Of a stretch of 64,000 nucleotides of DNA, positions 1 through 49,574 are shown in pieces. The notes beneath the pieces were generated by a model. The model saw only the letters and a list, made by a program, of their open reading frames with translations. It was not told the origin of the DNA and did no database searches. How positions within the stretch are numbered: position 1 is the stretch's first letter; each line of letters starts with the position of its first letter. Origin of the DNA: Octopus sinensis. Taxonomy: Eukaryota. Where the stretch lies: positions 164,486,001-164,550,000 of the forward strand of contig NC_042999.1 in NCBI RefSeq assembly GCF_006345805.1, in the 5' to 3' direction. The translations under genes and the position numbers were made by a program.

Positions 1-259
1 CCAATGAATTTCAGGACCTGACACACCTTTCGACCAGAGAAATCAGATCATTGTCCTTTGTTCTTCTTTGGTGCACATTACTAGTGGAGTGGCAATGCTT
101 AGACTGTAAAACCAGAAAGAAATATGGTGTGACCGGGCTCAAACTTCGATCACATGACCACAATAGTACCAACTATAATAAATAACGCATATATAGAAGA
201 CAGTGTTACAATAATAAAGATATGTTATGAATGCAGATAATTTTCGACTTCCTCTCGTA

Positions 260-490
260 CATATGTGTGTGTGTGTTTGTGCCTGTACCCCAGCACTGCT
301 TGATAACTGGTATTATGGTGTTTACGTCCCTGTAGCTTAGCAGCTTGGTAAAAGAGACTGATAGAATAAGTACTAGGCTTGAAAAATTAATAAAAAAAAG
401 TACTGGGGTTCATTCATTCAACTAAAATTCTTCAAGGCCATGCTCCAGCATGGCCACAGTCTAATAACTGAACAAATAAAAGATAAAAGA
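260..490 (+). mobile_element. SINE family 1, 3' half
   Basis: gatagaataagtactaggctt ... gctccagcatggccacagtc. Confidence 0.7.
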
Positions 491-1844
491 TCATACACTC
501 TACAATGTACATCATAAATTTCAAGACCTATCTCTGAGAATATTAATCTGGTCTTGGTTAGGAAAGCAATAAGTCACTGAATGATGAGAAAATAAAGAGA
601 TAGGGAGATGGACCAACGTAGTATTGAAACTTCATTTGACAGGAAAGCTAGAGAAAAAATAGAATATCAGATGACACATTGGTAGAAAAATTGATAAGAA
701 AATTGCAAAACTGATGAAAAAAAAAAGAATCATTTTTGTTCAGTGGAAGTTATTGCATTTAAAGTGTATAAAAAGTGTATCACATTTGTGATGAGGAGAG
801 ATGAGAGGGATGATGTAAAAAGTTGAAAGACATCTTTGACATACAGTTTCTTATTACTGAAGAATCAATAAACTTCACTTTCCAATATTAGTTTTTGTAT
901 CTTGTATGAGAAATAATTAAAAATATAATTTTAAAAATACAACAATTACATGTAACTTTATTTTATCTAGGGAGATGTACATTGTTCATAGCCTTCTTTT
1001 ACTTCTCCCACAGATAGGATATGTGTATACAAGCAGAGAGAGTGTGGTTAATTTATGCTTGCAGTTCTTTGGTTGGTCAATGGTGATACAAGAGAAAAGA
1101 GAGAAAGGTTAAAAATTTCTAAGGGAAGTGGGTTTCGGAGAAGAAAGATTGAAGGAATGGAAGGTGTGAGGCCAGTATACCAAGTGAATTTTGGTGGGGA
1201 CAATTCAGTATTATAATTTTAATGTCTGCTTTCCAACTGGTATGGGTTGGGTGGTTTGACAGGATCTAATAGGCCAGAAGACTATGTCTTGATCAGCAGG
1301 AAAAGCCAGGGTTGTGAGAATATAGCTGGCAAGTGAGATGATATAAACATGAAGAGGTTGTCAGCTTATATATGTAGTAAATGGTGAACAAGAGTGGGTG
1401 TAGTTGATAGTAAATATAAATGGATTGATGAGGATAAGAATGATGGATGGATGTCAACTAGGAGTAGATTGGAGGAGAGGGAGCAGAATTCAGCAGTACA
1501 TAAATGGTGATACTTGTAACAAATTCTGATTTAATTACTTACAGCAGCAGAATGATACAGGAGATAGGAGAATGAAAGAAGGATGAGTGGTAGGGAGATA
1601 AGAGAAGGGATTAAAAGCTACAAGAGAGTGGGGGGAAGAGTAAAAGATTGACAAAATACAGGAAAGACTGGATATTGGTGGCAAATATAGATTGATGGAG
1701 GTGACAATGGTAAGAATGAAAAATGGATGTCAAATGGAATTGATTTGGGAGAGGGGACCCAATAATGTGCATAGTGTGCATGCACACTAGGCCTCCATAA
1801 CATCAGCTATATGCATACAAACTATGTATGTATGTATGTATGTA

Positions 1845-1920
<76 letters not shown>

Positions 1921-2309
1921 TTTTAGAACTAGGTGAGAATACAAACTGTTAGAGTTGGTGATGGGTGGCCTTTCCTTGGATGGGAGTCTAGAAAAAGTGT
2001 AAGGTAGTGGTGTAAATAGCTTTCAATTCCTGTAGTGCTGAGAATATTCTTATGTGATTGAAATTAGTACTATATAATGCTAATAACTGTTCAGGATAAA
2101 AGTATCTTCTGACTTTAGATGCAATGATCAAAGTACAGACATTGAACTTCATCTTATATACACACTTTTTACTCTCCCAATTCTGACATGGAAACCAAAT
2201 ACTAATATTGCTTAAGACAGAAAGCCAGGAAATATTTTTAATGTTTTATACCAAAACTATTTTACCACTCTGATACCAGTATACACACACACATATACAC
2301 ACCACCACC

Positions 2310-2960
2310 ACCATCATTTAACGTCTGTTGTCCATGCTGGCATGGGTTGGACGATTTGACCAGACTAGCATCCTGGAAGGATGCACCAGACTCCAGTCTG
2401 ATTTGGCATGGCTAGATACTCTGAGAGTGTAATGGGTGCTTTTACGTGCCACTGGCACAGATGCCATTTGCATGACACTGGGGTTCTTTTATGTACCACC
2501 AGCACGGGTGCCAATTTGCATGACACCAAAATCAGCCATGACTGCAATTTTGCTCGACTTGATGCGTCTTCTTCTCAAGTATGATATAATGCTAAAGGTC
2601 TTGGTCATTGTCTCCATGTGGCCCAACACTCAAAAGGGAACTCAGTCACTTTACCTCTGTGAGGCCCAACGCTCGAAAGGAACTCAGCTACTTTGCCTCT
2701 TCAAGACCAACACTCAAAAGGAACTCTGCCACTTTGCTTCCATGAGGCTCATCACTCAAAAGATGTTCTTTACATGCCACCAGTACAGGAGCACTTGAAT
2801 TGGCAGGTCCTCTCAAGCACAGCACATCGCCAAAGGTCTTGATCATTGGTCATGGCTTCTGTGAGGCTCAAAGTTCGAAGATCATGCTTCACTACCGTGT
2901 CCCATGTCTTCCTGGCTCTACCTCTACCACAGGTTCCCTCCACAGTTAGAGATCTGCACT
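2310..2960 (-). mobile_element. RTE-clade LINE 3' end with UTR
   Basis: KKCRSLTVEGTCGRGRARKTWDTVVKHDLRTLSLTEAMTNDQDLWRCAVLERT followed by a UTR with ~41-bp tandem units (2622-2760) and a (TGA/TGG)n tail. Confidence 0.8.
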
Positions 2961-3078
2961 TCTTTGCATATATGTATATTGATAGAAATGGTAAGACAAC
3001 AAAAGAATGAAAGAGACCTCAATATTATGTAAATAGAGGAATTTATCTGTAAATATAATATGTGACAATTATTTGGTA

Positions 3079-3148
3079 GCCATGATAAAACTCAGAGTTT
3101 CAGATGTCGGGGTGGAAACCCACGCTGGCATCTCTTCAGTTATCTGGC
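3079..3148 (-). ncRNA. Type I hammerhead ribozyme-like motif with intact core
   Basis: GCCA-g-AUAA CUGAAGA [13-bp stem II, 10 paired, GUUU loop] U GAAA CUC-U-GAG U U^ UUAU-ca-UGGC. Stem I is 4+4 bp; stem III is pseudo-palindromic ACUC-U-GAGU; one extra nt before GAAA. Confidence 0.65.
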
Positions 3149-3459
3149 CATTGAAAAAAATGCTATGAAAATGACTGTTAAAACAAAGGGAAATTACTGT
3201 GTGATTGACTGTTATTAAGACAAAAGAGCTATTAGGATGACTGCTAAGTAAGGGGAGGGAGTAAAGGTAAGGAGTAAAAATGTTCATAGTATTCGCGTAC
3301 GCGTGCATGTCCACCCACTATGAACATTTTTACTCCCTTACCTTTACTCCCTCCCCTTACTTAGCAGTCATCCTAATAGCTCTTTTGTCTTAATAACAGT
3401 CAATCACACAGTAATTTCCCTTTGTTTTAACAGTCATTTTCATAGCATTTTTTTCGATG

Positions 3460-3529
3460 GCCAGATAACTGAAGGGATGCCGGTGTGGGTTTCCACCCCG
3501 ACATCCAAAACTCTGAGTTTTATCATGGC
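3460..3529 (+). ncRNA. Hammerhead-like motif with mutated core (mirror copy)
   Basis: Same fold as 3079-3148, but the core reads CUGAAGG ... AAAA (A9G and G12A). Confidence 0.55.
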
Positions 3530-4134
3530 TACCAAATAATTGTCACATATTATATTTACAGATATATATATATACTGACATGCCAATTTAATCACAAAAC
3601 TGCACATGATTTTAAATAAGGAAAAAATGGAAAATTACATAAGACTTTGAAAAAAAGCAAAAAAGCTGAAATCCGCAAAACAAGATCCAGCTCAGTTAAA
3701 TGACTTTTTCCTATAATATCTGCCCCACCAGAAAAAAAAAAAATCATTTTTAACTACAAAACTCAAAGATGTACATACTAATTACCTTTTTCAATACAAA
3801 AAACTAAAGCAACATGTGATTCCTTATTTTTCCTTGTTCACTTCCATCACTTTTGTTATTTATGTTTATGTAAATTATATATGTCAAACTCACCTTAAGA
3901 ATACATATACCAATTTAATTTCAGTTGAACTATGATATAAAAACATTTATTCTGTGAAAGCGTATCTTTATATCTTTATATTTTGTATACATATTAACAC
4001 ATAAAATACAATTATTCTCTGCTTACACTAAAAAGTTTGTTTTAATTACCCAATAGAAGTATATAAATCAAAGAAAATTTTGACACATTTTCAGATTTTT
4101 TTCAGTATTTCCTAAATATATATATGTCTTTAGG

Positions 4135-4440
4135 GTTGACTAAAGCCTTTTGAATGGTTCTGGTAGATGGAAACTAAAAGAAGTCTGTTGTGAGTGTGTG
4201 TGTGCGTGTATGTATGTGTGTGTCTTTGTGGCTGTGTTTGTCCCCCCCCATCATTGCTTGAGAACCGATGTCAGTGTGTTTACATCCTCATAACTTAGTG
4301 GTTCAGCAAAAGAGATGATTAAAATAAGTATGTGGTTTAAAAAATAAGTCTTGGGATTGATTTCTTCAATTAAAAAAAACGTTTTAAGGCAGTGCTCCAG
4401 CATGGCTGTGGTCAAATGACTGAAACAAGTGAAAGAAATA
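4135..4440 (+). mobile_element. SINE family 1, 5'-truncated
   Basis: ggtagatggaaact ... gctccagcatggctgtggtcaaatgactgaaacaag. Confidence 0.78.
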
Positions 4441-4684
4441 TATGAATGGTAGACTCTCCTGTCAAAGATGACAGATAAAGATTCTGAAATTGCTTGCTCA
4501 CTCTCTCCCCAGTGCCTCTGCAGGCACAAAGTGTGTCCCACATGAGATGCCAAACTAATGCAGGGCAACATGGATGATGCGTTTTGCTGAAAAAGACAAT
4601 TGCACCACTTGGTCCAAGATTTGAAACCATGATCATTCAATTGTGAGTGAAACACCATAACCACCAGAACACACAGCTTTACTA

Positions 4685-5083
4685 TTCTTTTATTCCTTAC
4701 TTGTTTCAGTCATTTGACTGCAGCCATGCTGGAGCTCCAGCTTAAAGGGTTTTAGTCATAGAAATTGACCCCAGAACTTACTCTTTGCAAGCCTAGAACT
4801 TATTCTATTGGTCTCTTTTGCTGAACCACAAATTTATGAGGATGTAAACACACACCAACATCGATTGTCAAGTGGCGGTGGGGTAAACAGAGATAGAAAG
4901 ACACACAAATATATATATGTGATGTGCTTCTTTCAGTTCCCATCTACCAAATCCGCTCAGAAGGCTTTGGTTGGCCCAAAAATATAGTAGAAAACATTTG
5001 CTGAAGGTGTCTTGCAGTGGGACAGAACCTGGAACCATGTGGTAGGGAAGCAAGTTTCTTACCACACAGCCATGCCTGCACCT
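4685..5083 (-). mobile_element. Full-length SINE family 1
   Basis: acttgtttcagtcatttgactgcagccatgctggag ... accacacagccatgcctgcacc. Confidence 0.8.
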
Positions 5084-6074
5084 ATATATCAAATAGGTAT
5101 TATATATACATACATACATATATACTTATATATATATATAAATATAATTATCACTCAATTAGGAGATTGCTGCAACCTTTTATACCAATAGATTTTTCTT
5201 TTTTATCCATTTGATAATTAGAGGAGATTGCTAAAATACGTATAAAACAACCCCATAAGTATTGGGATTGATATATTCATTAGAATCAATAAATGTGGAT
5301 TGCCTTAGTTCAATTGTAGTTTAATAACTGAAACCAATAAAAGGAATTATCTAAAGAATAGTTTAAATGTCAATATCTCTGCTACACTCAGGAATCTCTT
5401 TTAAAGAACACTGTTTAATTCTTGTGTCAATGATAGAACTTTGTCAGTTAACCAAAGATGAACCTTGTAGTAGTTAAGAATAATGAAATCTAATGAGACC
5501 TGCCTGGAAACAGAATGAAATTTTCTAAAATAAATCTAAATATGTGATCTATGAATTGCCGTCCCCAATCTACATATCCTTTAGTGACCACTAAATGGTT
5601 TCCTTACATCGGTGAGATTGATGTGGTTGAATATCCAGTGTGAATTTGTGAAGGCTAATGCTTGAAGAATAAACATGAAAAGAGTGAGAGAGTTGTTCCA
5701 CACAGATGTAAGTTTAGAAGGAAAGGACAGCCTGTAGAGCAGGGGTTGCCTACTTTGAGAAATAAGACCCAAACCTGTTTTGCTATAATTTTAAGTGTAA
5801 GTGCTCTCTCACATATATTTTCTTCTTTTCTTAGCATCAAAAATGGTCCATAAAATTGCTTTCCATGTGTTTATACGTGGTAAGCTTATCTCTATATGTG
5901 CAGTATTATATGTATTACAAGAACAAAATGTAACTAGAATAAATAGGATATATATATATATATACATATATATATAATAACAATTTAATAAATAAAACAT
6001 ATGCATATATACATACATATATGCACATACCTACATCTATATGTATATATACATGCATATATGAGTACAGGACA

Positions 6075-6420
6075 CCACAAATAAATGTAGAACACAAGAA
6101 ACGAAAACATAAAATCAAACAAGGAAACAGACTTTTTTTAACAACGAAAAACAGATTACAAGACAACCAATTCAAGGAATATTCCCCTTCTTCAGCTGCC
6201 CCTGTTTCGACTCAATGCGTGTTTCGAAGGTAAGGGCAGAACACGACCCGACCGAAGAAGCCTTTCTGCAAAAGGAATTAAATAAAATTCTTTTGCAGAG
6301 GGGTAAAACAAGTGACAAGAACAGGACGTAAAAGCAATACAAATGAAGAAAAAATAGGACAAGGAAACCAACAATAAGGGCTTTTAAGCCTAGAGGGTGG
6401 AAAAATTCGTTAGAACACAT
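6075..6420 (-). mobile_element. Penelope-type terminal-repeat remnant with degenerate hammerhead-like motif (6157-6200)
   Basis: Minus strand GCAG CUGAAGA AGGGGAAUAUUCCUU GAAU UGGUU GUC UUGU; CpG-containing island between microsatellites. Family assignment is inference. Confidence 0.45.
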
Positions 6421-7087
6421 TACACACTAGGAGCCCAGTTTCACCTGGTCAGTTAAGATGATGTGGCTGTAAAACCTGCTTTGTGTAAGCATTTGACTTG
6501 TTTGGGCATGCTTACGTTAAAAAATAATTTTAGAATGACTTTTTTCTATAAAAATGCTAAAAAATAACTGGCCAACAAAAAAAAAAAACACCCAAGATTC
6601 AATCAAATCAAAAAATAAATCCAAATACTAAGCGAACAAAGATCACACTTAATTGCACGTGCACATACACACACATTCACATAAACACATATATTCACAC
6701 AGAGTTGAAACACTGTTTGATTTATTTTTTAGCATACAGTTTTCACCATCCCACTACCAAGTATGACATCACCCCTTCCTTCCTTATTCATTTATCACCC
6801 CTTCCTTTCTTATTCATAAACACAAGAGTATTATTATAGTAGATTATCTCGGTAACCATGGGAGCTGTGAAAAAAATACAAAGCCCAGCATCACCACTGG
6901 ATCATTTTACACATCTGTGTAATTTTTTGCGCAATTCCACCCAGCCATTTGACCGTGAATCCCAAGACAAGAAAGAATCACCCATGTCAAATATATATGT
7001 AGAGATATATAATACTGCATTTTTTTAATGTCTAAAAGAATTGCCAAAGTGCTCAATAAAGTAACAGCAGAATTATGTAAATATGTG

Positions 7088-7342
7088 TGAAGTTATACAT
7101 TTAAATATACTTATTTCTTTATTACCCACAAGGGGCTAAACACAGAGGGGACAAACAAGGACAGACATAGGTATTAAGTCGATTACATCGACCCCAGTGC
7201 GTAACTGGTACTTAATTTATCGACCCCAAAAGATGAAAGGCAAAGTCGACCTCGGCGGAATTTGAACTCACAACGTAACGCAGACGAAATACCGCTAAGC
7301 ATTTCGCCCTGTGTGCTAACGTTTCTGCCAGCTCGCCACCTT
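7088..7342 (-). mobile_element. tRNA-headed SINE family 2
   Basis: Minus head AGGTGGCGAGCTGGCAGAAACGTTAGCA...GTGAGTTCAAATTCCGCCGAGGTCGAC; CpG-rich and young. Confidence 0.8.
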
Positions 7343-8649
7343 TAAATATACTGGGGAACAACACAATCTATGCATGCGTGTGTATGTGTGCGTGTGCTGT
7401 GTGTGTGTGTGTGTGTGTGTTATATGCATGTCAACTTAAAGTTCACAGAAGTGAACAAGCTGTTAAATTGAATTGTAATGCTTACAGCAGAGACTTTTGT
7501 AACAAGATGGAAGAAGTACATTGAATGACTATTTAGAGCCATCAAAAATACAAAATCTATTCAACTTTATGAACTTTATATACAAAACTATAAATATAAT
7601 TTGTGTAGTTTATATATATATGTATACAAGATTGTACATATATGAATCACAAACTCCATATACAAAACTGTGTATGTACAATTTTGTGAATCAATTTATT
7701 CAATCAACTGAATTATATACAATACACATATGGTATATTATAACATACATATATATAACCCAAAACACAAATCTGTGTGTTATGTGAGTGTGTATGGGTG
7801 TAACAGTTGGAGAATGTTTGACAAACAGCAATTTCGTAAAGGAAAGCCTTGGTAGCTTCCACTGAACAAACGGAATGCGTTTAGGTAATTTGAACAGAAG
7901 ATAGGGTTGAGAGTTAATAAAAAAAATGGTATCAAATATAACATTTGATATCTAGACATGCCAACACAGGTTTCTTTGTATATAAACACACACACACACA
8001 CACACACACATCTATTGATGATTTAACACAGTTGTAACTTTCATGTATGTACATTAATAAAACATTTTCATATCATAACAAGTTTTGGTATATCTACCAA
8101 CAAACAATTAAAAATACATTAAAAAAAAACAGTTTAAGTGAGAGAAAGAAACAATGTCTGTGAGTTGCGTAAGCCATTGGATTGTTGGGGCTACAGAGAG
8201 AATGTCATCACCATGAAGTCTATAGAGGGTAGGTGAGGCAGGTGGTGGATTATAGCCAAGTTAGCAGGGGCAGGGAAACGCGAATCATCACACAGAATCT
8301 ATTAAAAACACTCTACTCATTAATTATAACAAATGAAGGTTTCTTAATTAGGTATTAACCTATAAGTTAGTAGATTTCTCTGGTCTCTGATATTGGTTGA
8401 AACAATTACAACATGATGGCAATGTGGCATTATGTAAGCAACTGTTTCCTATTTCATCATTGACTGGATAGCTACAAAAGATAATATTTGATGTCAGGTC
8501 ATGTTTGATGCCACCCAGTAACTTGTGTAACCAAGAATATATGATGATCAGAAATCCAAAGAAACAGCAGATAAAGAAGGGAAGAAAGCAAGGAAGAACC
8601 ATTAATAAAAGGTGAATGTATGTATGTATGTGTAGATATATATACTCAC

Positions 8650-46348
<37,699 letters not shown>

Positions 46349-49344
46349 CTGGAAAAAACAAATAAAGTATGAAAATGTAATGTTTCATTTACAGAGAGTA
46401 ACTTTTGGCATTAACTGAGTCAGCTAGGGCAGGGGGCTCTTCAAAGCTACAAACACTGGCCTAGATTCTTACACAAAATAAAAAAATAAAAACAACTAGG
46501 GCAATAGTGTAAATATTTTTATACTACCCAACCCCATTCAATGACAGGTTAAGATCTCAGGATGACCTGTACTCAACACTATAAGTTAAAAAAAGGCATG
46601 ATTGTGTAGTTAAACAATTTGTTTCAAAACAATGTAGTTAAGGCTCAAGCCTACTGCATGACACTTGGGCAATTGTCTACCACCATAATCTTGAATTGAC
46701 TAATACTGAGTGGAATTTGGTAGATGGAAACTGTGAAAAAGGTCATATGGCAAGATCAGCAAAGAGGTCAATAGCACATTGACAAAGGTTGAAAACACTC
46801 TTGGATCCCATACTAACAGTTTCTTCCACAAAATAGGGATAACAGCTGCCTGTCAGAGAGAAATGAGCCCCGTGAGGTGAAGTGGCTGCGGCAGCAAGTG
46901 TCACTGGCCATTCTCCACAGTAACACCATCATGGTCATTACTGCAGGGTGTGGCTGAGCACCTCATTTGTTCTGGGGTATGTGACCCATCGTCTCTTCCC
47001 ACTCCATCTTCTACTGCCTTATCCACCCCCACATTTTTGTCCTTTCTTTTTCTTTCTTATGTTTCTTCTTTCCTGTTTCCTTGTATTTAAATGTTCGAAT
47101 AAACTAAAGATATTTCATCTCTGGCAGACTGTACAAAAAATGCCTAGAGCAGCAGGAATCAAAGAAAAGGCACAGCTCCAAATCACAGGTTGCATACCAT
47201 TATTACATACAACTGCTTGAGTGTTTCCACACAATTTTCAACAACCACTAAAGTGATTTTGTTACCAATACTGATGTTCATGAATAAGTAAAACCCACCA
47301 GCATTGAGGCTAATATTGCAGCTGCAGTAGAGAGAGCATGTTTCTAGGGTGGAGTATCTTTACCTGTCCAAGATTTTGCTGAATGATGTGTGTGTGTGTG
47401 AGAGAGAGAGGGAATGAATAGTGACACATGTATTGGAACTCAGAGGTGAATTACTCTTGCAGCCACTGTGGCTAGGCCTGCCATCTCAAGAAATCAACAT
47501 AGAAAGATTAGCCTTCTGTACATCGGCAAATCCCTCCTAAACACCACTAAACTGTTGAATAATGTGGTCTGTAAAAGTGAGGTAGAACTGTCATGACTGG
47601 AATCCTGTAGATTGAAGCTAACCTGGGACAATACATCAGCCAAAACAGTTGCGTCACACACCGAAGTCTTTCCTATTCAGCTACTTCTTCAGTCCCTTAA
47701 TTTAGTAAAGCATTTCTTTCAGGTTCTCCTATGCATAGACTTTGGCCCCTACATTCATTTCTCCCCAAACTACTGCAATTCCTTTGCATTTATTGCCTCT
47801 ATTTCACTGGCACACAATAACAAGGCACTCTCAATAGTCTTCAGTTGGTACAGAGAAAGCCAGACAAACAATACAAGAAAAAAAATAAAAGCAGCAGAAA
47901 CAAAGAAATGACCTAGATTTCATTCTTATGATAATACCAGCTTCTTTAGAATGGCTGAAATACAAGTTTCAGAGACAAAAGACAACACATCAAAGAGAAA
48001 GATTCAGAATTCTTAACAACAAATGCAGAAACATTTGTAAAAAAAAAAAAAATGAAAAGAAAGAGAGACAGTTGCTCTGAAAAAAAAAGCCAAAAAAAAA
48101 AGCATGAATATTTTCCTTGTTCATTAATGGAATCTTCCAAGATAACAGAGAATGTAAATAACAAACTAAGTAGGATTCAAGTTAATGAATCTTTATTTTT
48201 ATTTCCATATATATCAAATTTAAAGAGCAGAATATTTGTCTATAACCCAAGGGTGAGGTGAAAGAATATGGCTTCAGTCCAAGTAAGGTTTTATTTTCTA
48301 TATTATAATGTAATCATCCTATCATAAGACAGTGTAATAGGATGGCAGTTTGAATAGAAAACATTATCATTGATTGTGGCGGTGGATCAGAGGAGAGAGA
48401 AAGACAGAGTCTAGGGAAAGGAGAGACTAAAAAGAAAAGAATAAAGAGGTTGTTGAGAGTGGTGAGAAAGGGTAGTGGTGGGGGAGAGAGACTGTATGGG
48501 AAGGAAAATGAGACAAAGAGACAAATTAACTAGATAAGAATATTTCTCTTTCTCTCTCTCCATACAGACACACATATATATATACATACATACACACTAT
48601 ACACACATACATAAACATTGAGACAGAGAGAGAGAGATTCCCCAGCAGGTTACTCCAGTCAGCAACACAAGATCTAATTGTTACCAGGAAAAATAAAATG
48701 ATTTACTACTACTACTACTACTACTACTACTACACTACTACTACTACAACTACTACTAACAACAACAACAATATGACTTGAAGATGATGGGAAAATAAGA
48801 AAAGAAAGATGACAAAATATCACCAAAGAGAAATTAAAAAAAGGAAAACAAATTTGCTATATTTTAGCTATCAGATATTTAAGTGAAAATTTCTGCCCCT
48901 ATCTTCACAAAAAAATAAAGAAATTAAAGAAAATTTGAAGAAATAAAGAAATTAGAATACAAAGAAATAAGAAAAAAAATATTGAAATAACCTTTTTTTG
49001 TTTGGTGGGGAGCACAAGAACTTTCCTTAGATCTTTCCCCTCAGACACTTCACTAAAAGAACTTATGGTAATCACTAAAGAATTGATATAAACAATATGC
49101 TACAGATTATTAGAGTAATATCTTGACATGGATTTTGAATATTGTATCCCTGGAAAGACTTTTATGGAATTATGGTAATGAGACATTAGGATTAGTAGTT
49201 CAAGATTTGCAGGGACTGGATAGGAACGAAGTGAGGATGATCTGTTGGGTATGTAATGTTGATCTGTCTGAAAGGTTGAGTATAAGTTACATAATAATAA
49301 TGAACTTATTGTATATATATATATATATATATATTTCTACATTC

Positions 49345-49560
49345 TTTTACACTTTTATTTGTTTCAGTCATTTGACTGCGTCCATGCTGGAGCACTGCCT
49401 TTAGTCAAACAAATAGACACCAGAACTTATTCTTTGTAAGCCTAGTACTTATTCTATTGGTCTCTTTTTAGCTGAACCACTAAGTTACGGGGACGTAAAC
49501 ACACCAGCATCAGTTGTAAAGTGATGGTGGGAGACAAACACAGATAAACGCACATACATA
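49345..49560 (-). mobile_element. SINE family 1, 3' half
   Basis: gtttcagtcatttgactgcgtccatgctggagcactgcc. Confidence 0.75.
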
Positions 49561-49574
49561 CATATTAAAAAATA

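Larger units (their letters stand above)
3044..3564. repeat. 521-bp near-perfect inverted repeat (arms 3044-3290 and 3317-3564, 26-nt spacer), probably two head-to-head Penelope-type pseudo-LTRs
   Basis: Base-by-base comparison: 6 substitutions and 1 indel in 247 bp. Each arm carries a hammerhead-like motif. The pLTR identity is inference. Confidence 0.9.

Noticed and set aside
3888-3952. AAG|GTGAGT junction at 3894/3893 and a possible 58-nt exon
   Set aside because: AAG acceptor with a weak pyrimidine tract; the translation is unrelated to V5.
5474-5503. Strong minus-strand acceptor (tttcattctgtttccag) giving AGLIRFHYS* after KPKI
   Set aside because: No similarity to a PKC tail; isolated acceptors like this are common in AT-rich introns.
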